From positions 256,001 to 320,000 of the forward strand of contig CAWFQL010000009.1 in the NCBI GenBank assembly GCA_963817915.1: DNA of 64,000 nucleotides, given 5' to 3'. The DNA is from an uncultured candidate division Zixibacteria bacterium (lineage in GTDB: Bacteria > Zixibacteria > MSB-5A5 > UBA10806). The notes under the pieces are model-generated. The model had not been told where the DNA came from. It worked only from the letters and a program-made list of their open reading frames with translations, and ran no database searches. Of this stretch, positions 58,001 to 64,000 are shown in pieces; position 1 is the stretch's first letter; the number at the start of each line of letters is the position of its first letter. The translations under genes were made by a program, and so were the position numbers.

Positions 58001-61000
58001 ACTGAAGGATAATTGTGCCTGTCGCACGGAGTATCCACTGGAATGTATAAGGTCCGCCACCGCCGAAATGGTTAATTCCAATATATGAAATCACCAATTC
58101 CGAACCGTCGCTATAGTAATAGAATGATCCACCGTCTCCTGCATTTAAGTCATCCCAGAATGCGGCTATCATATTTTCAGGAGCGGACGGATTGGGAAGC
58201 GGCCCATTAACGTAGTCTGTGCCATTGCTTGTGAAAGAAAGGAAGCCATTCGAGCACACATTAAATTGGCTGAACATATTGCCATAGAATGGGAAATCAA
58301 AGCCGATATCCATCGGGCCGACGCTTTGATCGTCAGCATTTAACGGTATTGGCGTACCATTATCAGTAATGTCTACCCAAGCATAGGCGGGTCCACCTGG
58401 TTCATCTGAATCAATCCAGGTATAACCAAACGCATCCGGACCACCCTGATCAGCAATCACTGGAGGATTGATCGGACCATTAATACCCTTCTTGGATAAA
58501 TCAAGTGGTGCTTGATGGCGTACTGGGCGAGACGGTGTAGAGCCACTCGAAGCTCCACGCCACGAGCCAGGGAGCATCCAACGCAACGGTACTGCGAATT
58601 CCTCACCGCTGACTGCGATAAGGCCGCTCGGCGGCAGATGACCAACGAGGCCATAGGCTGTGTTTGATGGCTCAGAAGAAAGCGGAGGAGTTCCATCATC
58701 GACAGCGATAACTCTGTAACCGTAGGTTCCGTCCTGACCCTGGCCGATAACATCGACATAGGCCATAACGGTGGTCGTAGCAATCTGACCCCAAGCCCCA
58801 TACGGCATGAGTTTGCGCTCTACCGAGAAATGAGCGAAATCGCGGTTAGCGTTGTTGAAATTCCATGTGAGGTTTACGTTACGTCCGACAACGTTAGCGA
58901 CCAGGTTGGTCGGCGCTTCGGGCGAGGCATTAATAGGAGTGGCTGTGGCTTGATTGGAAGGACCAATTTCCACGTTCTGGCCGCCGCCTATATCGTAAAC
59001 TGCTGATCCCTGATAATAATATAATGTACCATTGGTAAGACCGTTGGGAAGATCATCGCCCCAATCATCATAGGCTGTAGCAGTTATGATCGAACCATTG
59101 ATCTTTGGTAGATGACGATCATAAGGGCCGGTCGCGACATCACGATACAAGTTGTAGCCCAAAAGGACTGCAACGTCGGTGATTATCGGAGGATCCGAGC
59201 TCAACATGATCTTAGGATAGTGAGCGGTTCTATCAATGATCTTAGAGGCGCTGGAATTACCCGATGCCACTACGGCATGAGTATTCGCTCTATTATTATT
59301 TACACCTAAATTGGCCGGTACGGTCCTTTTCGGACCTGAATCAAATGATAACCAGCCGTTGCTGCGGGCTCCACCAAATACTTTGGCGCGAATCATATGA
59401 TCGCCATCGTAGTTGGATTCAAGACCCCAGACGCCGCCCATACGGGACCATTTGTTGCCGGGATAATCGGTGGTCGCATCAAGGCCTATGCCTTCTTCGC
59501 CACCTCCAGCGATGTTGTTCATGGCCACCCAGAATCTATCCGTGGCTTCAACTTCAGGTACGTCAACCTTAACCCACTGTCCCAATTCGCCGGTAACTTC
59601 GGTATAGAACGCGGCATCAGCCTGCGGATTACCGGAACCGTCGTCAAGATAAACCGAGACGCCGATAGGATCGGGACTTGCATCAGGCCATGGCCAATAA
59701 GGATCGCCCTCTGTCAGGACATGAATCATGACGGAGTCAATGGTAGCGGCACCATTGATTTCAAACATTTCAGCCATTAAGGCGTCATAAGCATAGTAGT
59801 AATACGCATTGACCAATGCTCCGTCGTCGTACGCGATTTCGCGCGATTCGGTCATGCCAGGGGCTAACCAGGTTAGAGGAACATGATGATCAAGACCACC
59901 GGTTGCGTGAAGGTAAGTCTGAGGACCTTCGGTACCGGCTAATTGGATAATGAAAGTATCATCACGATCATCAAATACGAAATCGTATGAACCATCAACT
60001 GTAGGTGTGAAGGTAATATTCGCGCCACCAACTCCGCCGATGCCATACCAGCCAACGTTGGAATGCATGACCGTGAATTTAAATGTGTACATGGTGTTTG
60101 CAATTAGCGGAGTTGCAGCACCCCACTTGGTCGGCCTGTTGTTCACGCCACGGGCCAAATCAAGATTCAGACCATGATCGCCAACTGCGGAGATAATCCA
60201 GTTATTGTAGGACCCGGAGGGGTTGACCGACAATGTAGGAACCGTAGGCGGATTAAGGTTTAGAATCTGGAATCCTGCGCCGTCATCCAAACGAGGCGCT
60301 TCGCCATTGTAGTTTTCAGAATAGATAGCCCATTGATAGGTATGAGTAAGATCGCGAGCAAGAAGCACGTTTCCGGTGAAAATACCGTCGTTGGCTGCTT
60401 GATCGGGAGATACGCCGTCATCTTTGATGGCAAGGAGATCGCCAGACCAACCGGCATCGTAGAAGCCATCGTTATTCCAACTACCTTTGAGGTAGAAGGT
60501 ACGATAGGAAGCATCCACGGGATTGCCAAATTGAGCTTTTAAAGTGACAGTGACTTTGCCTTCAAGGGCATAGTTCGCGAAAGTTGTTTCATTTTCAGCG
60601 ACCATTTTCTGGTCAAAAACTGGGAGGTGTGTCGGCGGGAATTCAACTCTGATATTCCAGAGTGTATCGGCCGGCATGTATAATGAATAGGATCCATTTG
60701 CTCTGGAAGATGCGCTCCAGGGTCTGCCAACTACACTAACCATGGCACCCTGTAACGGGAGACCGGAAGCCTGGTCTGTAACTGTTCCAGCCAGGACGCC
60801 CCAACCATGCAACAGCGATAATGCTCTCTGCACTGCCGCGTATGCATTGACAATACCCATACCATATGAGTTGTCATTGCCTTGCGGGCCTAAATCTGTG
60901 GCAGTATCGAGAAGAATTTCGCGAACCTGAGCAGATGTTAGGTTCGGGTTTGCCTGACGCATTAAAGCGACGACACCGGCGACGTGCGGAGTGGCCATTG

Positions 61001-62273
61001 AGGTACCGCTCCATCCGCCCTGGTATTGACCGCCAGGAACAGAACTGCGAACGTTAACGCCAGGAGCCGAAACTTCGGGCTTAATCGCTGCGTCACCATT
61101 CGGTGTGCAATAGGTCGGGCCGCGCGAAGAGAAGTCCGCGATCGGCAGACTCTGGTTATTGCCATCAACTGCGGCAATAGCAAAGCTGGTTATGTCTGTT
61201 GTGGCTCTGTCTGCCGGACGTCTGAGTGAAGTCGGGCCAGGGCCTTCATTACCTGCGGCGAAAACAACGACAATACCGGCGGCTTCGGCGCCGTCAAGAA
61301 CTGCCCAGAATGTTTCATCGCAATCGGGATAACCGTGACCGGTTGTAACACCCCATGAGTTGGAGTTGACATCGGGAACGTCCCAAACTGTGGCTGGATT
61401 GCCATCAGGATCAACGATCCACTGGAATGACAATAAAGCATTTGTTACGGTCGGACCAATGCCGCCTCTATCAATTACGCCGGCTGACATCCACTGTGCG
61501 CCAAAAGCAACACCGATGGTATCGCCAGTATTGACACCGAGACCGCAAATCGTGCCCATTGTATGGGTACCATGCTGACCGGAATCAAAGGGGAAATCTG
61601 TGAAAGTCACCGGATCAAACCAAGCCCAATCCGCATGACCGTCGTATCTGCTATCGTAACCTCTCCAGCGAGCATTTAACGCCGGGTGGTTGCCATCGAC
61701 ACCAGTATCGAGATGGCTGACAAGCCTTCCTTCACCGGTGAAACCCATAGCCCAAGCTTGGGGAGCATTGATGGCGCGGAGGCCATTTTCCACACCTGCA
61801 ATCGACGGCTCATCTTGGCCGTGGCTGACAGGTTCAGTATTGGAAATTTCATAGTCAGGGCTGACTTGAAGAACGTCATTGCGCTGAACCAGAATATCCA
61901 ATACTTCAGGGGTGGCTGTCACCAAAACAATATTGGCAACCCAAAGGCCTTGGAATTTTTCAACCTTGCCTTGATTGGCCAGATCGGCCAACTGAGCCAT
62001 GATGTCGCCCTGAGTTTCCGTTGCCTTGGCCTGAAGAGCCCTGACTACGACCTCATGCCACTCACGACGATCAGCCTGCCTTGCAGTAAGCTCGGCCTGC
62101 AATGCATTAAGATCTACTTGGTCCGCCATTGTAATAATAGCGCCGACCATCGGCTGAGACGAATGATCAGCCAAGTACGGCTGGAACGCAGCACTATACT
62201 GACCGGCAAACGCGTAGGAGCCGATAGACATTAAAACCAAACAGAACAACACAATTTTGAATGGTTTTTTCAT
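55068..62273 (-). CDS. Giant secreted S8 (bacillopeptidase F-like) protease with FN3/Ig domains, duplicated inserts and a T9SS-type-A-like CTD
   Basis: Signal peptide from MKKPFK (62273); LDTGVD, HGTHTMG, AAGNEG, SGTSMATPHVAG; KDDG...ANDGIFTG segment; C-terminus SQNYPNPFNP...KKMMMLK. Confidence 0.93.
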   Translation of the reverse strand: MKKPFKIVLFCLVLMSIGSYAFAGQYSAAFQPYLADHSSQPMVGAIITMADQVDLNALQAELTARQADRREWHEVVVRALQAKATETQGDIMAQLADLANQGKVEKFQGLWVANIVLVTATPEVLDILVQRNDVLQVSPDYEISNTEPVSHGQDEPSIAGVENGLRAINAPQAWAMGFTGEGRLVSHLDTGVDGNHPALNARWRGYDSRYDGHADWAWFDPVTFTDFPFDSGQHGTHTMGTICGLGVNTGDTIGVAFGAQWMSAGVIDRGGIGPTVTNALLSFQWIVDPDGNPATVWDVPDVNSNSWGVTTGHGYPDCDETFWAVLDGAEAAGIVVVFAAGNEGPGPTSLRRPADRATTDITSFAIAAVDGNNQSLPIADFSSRGPTYCTPNGDAAIKPEVSAPGVNVRSSVPGGQYQGGWSGTSMATPHVAGVVALMRQANPNLTSAQVREILLDTATDLGPQGNDNSYGMGIVNAYAAVQRALSLLHGWGVLAGTVTDQASGLPLQGAMVSVVGRPWSASSRANGSYSLYMPADTLWNIRVEFPPTHLPVFDQKMVAENETTFANYALEGKVTVTLKAQFGNPVDASYRTFYLKGSWNNDGFYDAGWSGDLLAIKDDGVSPDQAANDGIFTGNVLLARDLTHTYQWAIYSENYNGEAPRLDDGAGFQILNLNPPTVPTLSVNPSGSYNNWIISAVGDHGLNLDLARGVNNRPTKWGAATPLIANTMYTFKFTVMHSNVGWYGIGGVGGANITFTPTVDGSYDFVFDDRDDTFIIQLAGTEGPQTYLHATGGLDHHVPLTWLAPGMTESREIAYDDGALVNAYYYYAYDALMAEMFEINGAATIDSVMIHVLTEGDPYWPWPDASPDPIGVSVYLDDGSGNPQADAAFYTEVTGELGQWVKVDVPEVEATDRFWVAMNNIAGGGEEGIGLDATTDYPGNKWSRMGGVWGLESNYDGDHMIRAKVFGGARSNGWLSFDSGPKRTVPANLGVNNNRANTHAVVASGNSSASKIIDRTAHYPKIMLSSDPPIITDVAVLLGYNLYRDVATGPYDRHLPKINGSIITATAYDDWGDDLPNGLTNGTLYYYQGSAVYDIGGGQNVEIGPSNQATATPINASPEAPTNLVANVVGRNVNLTWNFNNANRDFAHFSVERKLMPYGAWGQIATTTVMAYVDVIGQGQDGTYGYRVIAVDDGTPPLSSEPSNTAYGLVGHLPPSGLIAVSGEEFAVPLRWMLPGSWRGASSGSTPSRPVRHQAPLDLSKKGINGPINPPVIADQGGPDAFGYTWIDSDEPGGPAYAWVDITDNGTPIPLNADDQSVGPMDIGFDFPFYGNMFSQFNVCSNGFLSFTSNGTDYVNGPLPNPSAPENMIAAFWDDLNAGDGGSFYYYSDGSELVISYIGINHFGGGGPYTFQWILRATGTIILQYENLGVPTNSCTVGIQNGDGSIGLQVVADADYLHSEMAIRIGTGPEGFAPAHYNLYRALSSPVPLDNAHLITSGIPGADTRYTDHAGIVNGTTYYYAMTATWSDSVASPASNEANATPANHSPEPPADLAAVVNGRNVNLTWTFTNQMGDFNHYNIWKKLVPGGSYVLAGTSTSPAATINIPVGQDGTYGIVVTAVDNGNPAMESAYSNQVFVSVGNLPPTNLRATNDQEGCVPLHWAAPGMRPTRTIVYDDGVLVNAYYYYAYDAIIANSFSANSPIEIDTLWIHTLTEGDAYWPWPDGTADPIGVSVFDDDGSGQPGDMVYYAEVTGEIGQTIMAPIEGGLIVNGPNFWVGFQNIAGGGEEGIGLDAFTDFPENKWAFVGGIWGQQDTYSGDQMIRVTIVDNGRSLTLSEKAPTPELARKTTLPINEKATSVVVPLSSKTAPMLTMSNSGGDNPRPLDTEELLGYNVYRQTTPNVVITPANKINSSYVLGNAYNDSAVVNGTTYYYKVTAVYNNPPVEESPGSNEVSGTPRLGGRMILNPTSFDVGGGVGQIVTRPLNISNPGGLAINYSIVANTNRVRNARDWSPTWSFQAVPHSNNTTYDKSQDQSQPTHPPMTLGRGGPDSFGYLWIDSDEPGGPTYNWIDIQNEGTPIGLSGDDQSMGPMDIGFEFPYYGSTFSQFYACSNGWISFTNNGTVYFNGPLPDPSAPENMLAPFWDDLNFSAGGESYYYTDGSQLVISYINVPHYSSGGPYSFQIVLSSSGAITFNYMDIGYPDDSNTIGIQNGDGSIGLQVAYDQTYVHSELAVRFTAGWLAADPASGTVNYGQNTNSTISFDASFLEIGTYNGSLLVTGTDANHQVAQITVPVIFRVGPTGIDDKPTMLPTEFALSQNYPNPFNPSTEIRFALPTNSAVTLEIFNVLGQKVKTLANGPMNAGYQSIIWNGTDETGSGVASGMYFYKLNAGGKTFTKKMMMLK

Positions 62274-62662
62274 AAAAAAAATCTCCATTTGAAGTTTAGA
62301 AAACGAAAACCCCTTATGAAATGTTTTGACCTTTGACCTCCTTTTTATCACTTAAAATGGTTTATTATTAGTGAAGACACTATTATACCTAATGATGTTT
62401 TTCTTGCGGAGCTTAAACTTAGTCATTTTGCTAACTTACGTTGACTAAAAAAATAAACATTTACCATTGCCAATATATTTTATATTCAATCTTTGTCAAG
62501 AGATATTATCATTTTTTGAAACGCCCAAGTTGTAAGCTTGGCTTAACTTTTTGACTATAAATAATTTGCATTTGAAAGAAATGTGAATAATGGAAGAAAA
62601 AGTATTTAATTTCATGCATGTTATTGGATTAAAACCCTTCATTTGCATCAATATAATGGTTT

Positions 62663-63823
62663 TTAAACCCGCTCAAAGGGGTCTATTAGCTTTTTGTATT
62701 CCGCGGCGGCAAATCGATCGGTCATCCCGGCGATATAATCGGCCACAACGGTGTGCGGAGGCTCAAATACCAGTCTGGCTTTGACATGCTCCGGCAGAAC
62801 ATCGATATTCTTAATATATGATTCGTAAAGCGCATAAATTATTCGTTGGGCTTTCTCGCTCATTCGCACCATCCTGAAATGGCGATACATATTATGGTAT
62901 AGAAACCGTTTGAGTTCCGAATTTGAATTATTCATTTCTGACGAGAATCCGATAAGGTCTATCCGCTTTTTCCTAAATTCTTCAGAGCTGAGCGGCTTCA
63001 CTTTTCCAATAGATTCGTTTGAATTATTTATTAAATCGGTGACCATGATATTTATCAAATTGCGCACCATAACATGCCGCCTCATAGCCTCATCGTACCC
63101 AGAAGCATCGACAAATTGGTTATAGTTATCCCGCCAGATTTTGACTTCTTTCAGCTGATTTTCATTGAGCACTCCGGAAGATAAACCGTCATCGACATCA
63201 TGACAATTATACGCGATTTCGTCGGCCAAATTAACCACCTGACATTCAAGCGGCCGTCCCTCATCTTTGGAAAGCGCCGACGGGACTTGCGGATTATCAT
63301 AGTGCGAATGATGTTTGAGAATCCCTTCCCGCAATTCGAACGTCAGATTCAGGCCGGGGAAATCGGGGTAGCGCCTTTCGAGAAGATCGACTACCCGGAT
63401 GCATTGAAGATTATGCTCGAATCCGCCCTTGTCTTTTAACAATTCATTCAGCGCCTCCTCCCCCGAATGACCGAAAGGAGTATGCCCCAGATCATGGGCG
63501 AGCGCTATCGCCTCGGTAAGGTCTTCATTGAGCCTCAAAGCGCGGGCTACTGATCGTGCGATAATGCTAACCTCAATAGTATGCGTCATCCTGGTGCGAT
63601 AATGATCGCCTTCGTGATTTACAAAAACCTGGGTTTTATATTCTAATCTTCTGAATGCGGTACAATGAACTATTCGATCCCGATCACGCTGGAATTCTGT
63701 TCGGAAAGGATGCCGGGGTTCGGGATATTGCCGTCCGCACGATTCGCCGGATTTAATAGCATAAGGCGCCAGTATTTCTTTTTCCAGATTTTCGAAATAT
63801 TCTCTAAAAGTACTCATATTCAT
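62663..63823 (-). CDS. dgt: Deoxyguanosinetriphosphate triphosphohydrolase-like HD protein
   Basis: FQRDRDRIVH, RRLEYKTQV, AHDLGHTPFGHSGE, ADEIAY, DYIAGMTD. Confidence 0.95.
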   Translation of the reverse strand: MNMSTFREYFENLEKEILAPYAIKSGESCGRQYPEPRHPFRTEFQRDRDRIVHCTAFRRLEYKTQVFVNHEGDHYRTRMTHTIEVSIIARSVARALRLNEDLTEAIALAHDLGHTPFGHSGEEALNELLKDKGGFEHNLQCIRVVDLLERRYPDFPGLNLTFELREGILKHHSHYDNPQVPSALSKDEGRPLECQVVNLADEIAYNCHDVDDGLSSGVLNENQLKEVKIWRDNYNQFVDASGYDEAMRRHVMVRNLINIMVTDLINNSNESIGKVKPLSSEEFRKKRIDLIGFSSEMNNSNSELKRFLYHNMYRHFRMVRMSEKAQRIIYALYESYIKNIDVLPEHVKARLVFEPPHTVVADYIAGMTDRFAAAEYKKLIDPFERV

Positions 63824-64000
63824 TCGCTATTTGAACTATTGCCGGAAATCAGATTGCCCTTGAGGCAATTCATGGACCTAAATGTCATTACCAATTTAAG
63901 CCATCTAATGGACAAGTCAAGCCCCCAATATTGTTAATCAATCCAGCCTACCCTCAATTATTAGATAAAACGCCCCTAATTTGCCTTTGTATGAGCTATT

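Noticed and set aside
62663..63823. Anti-phage dGTPase
   Set aside because: It resembles the ordinary short Dgt-like family and has no defence-island context.

Overview
Bacterial chromosomal window, mostly minus-strand genes. Dockerin-like and 'NYPNPFNP...KKM' C-terminal tags, a PEP-CTERM/exosortase locus and the general gene content suggest Ca. Zixibacteria or a similar FCB-associated lineage (inference, not tested). Housekeeping genes: fabL-like, rseP, dxr, cyclophilin, smpB, amiC, murI, rdgB, pruA, a liv operon, RND+MFP, ptrB, pepC and dgt. There are five CCA-less tRNAs (Leu-CAG, Pro-TGG, Arg-TCT, Arg-TCG, Ser-TGA), an SQR/TusE/DsrE2 sulfur module, a WYL regulator and an orphan ArsR. Secreted peptidases are abundant, including a 2.4-kaa S8 protein with nested duplicated domains and three M14 enzymes with two different C-terminal tags. 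No integrase, transposase, CRISPR array, rRNA or phage genes were seen. Best leads: (i) homologous secreted peptidases with swapped C-terminal sorting tags (dockerin-like vs T9SS-CTD-like), with PEP-CTERM as a third tag; (ii) a stand-alone, apparently catalytically degenerate RNase HI-fold gene under a clear sigma54 promoter; (iii) a dense, multi-family, strand-biased and modular set of REP-like hairpins; (iv) a CCGACA..TGTCGG inverted repeat enclosing the -10 box of two tRNA promoters; (v) several probable leaderless genes. At least four, probably five, genes are broken by single extra bases, which points to read or assembly insertion errors, so fine sequence details need read-level confirmation.
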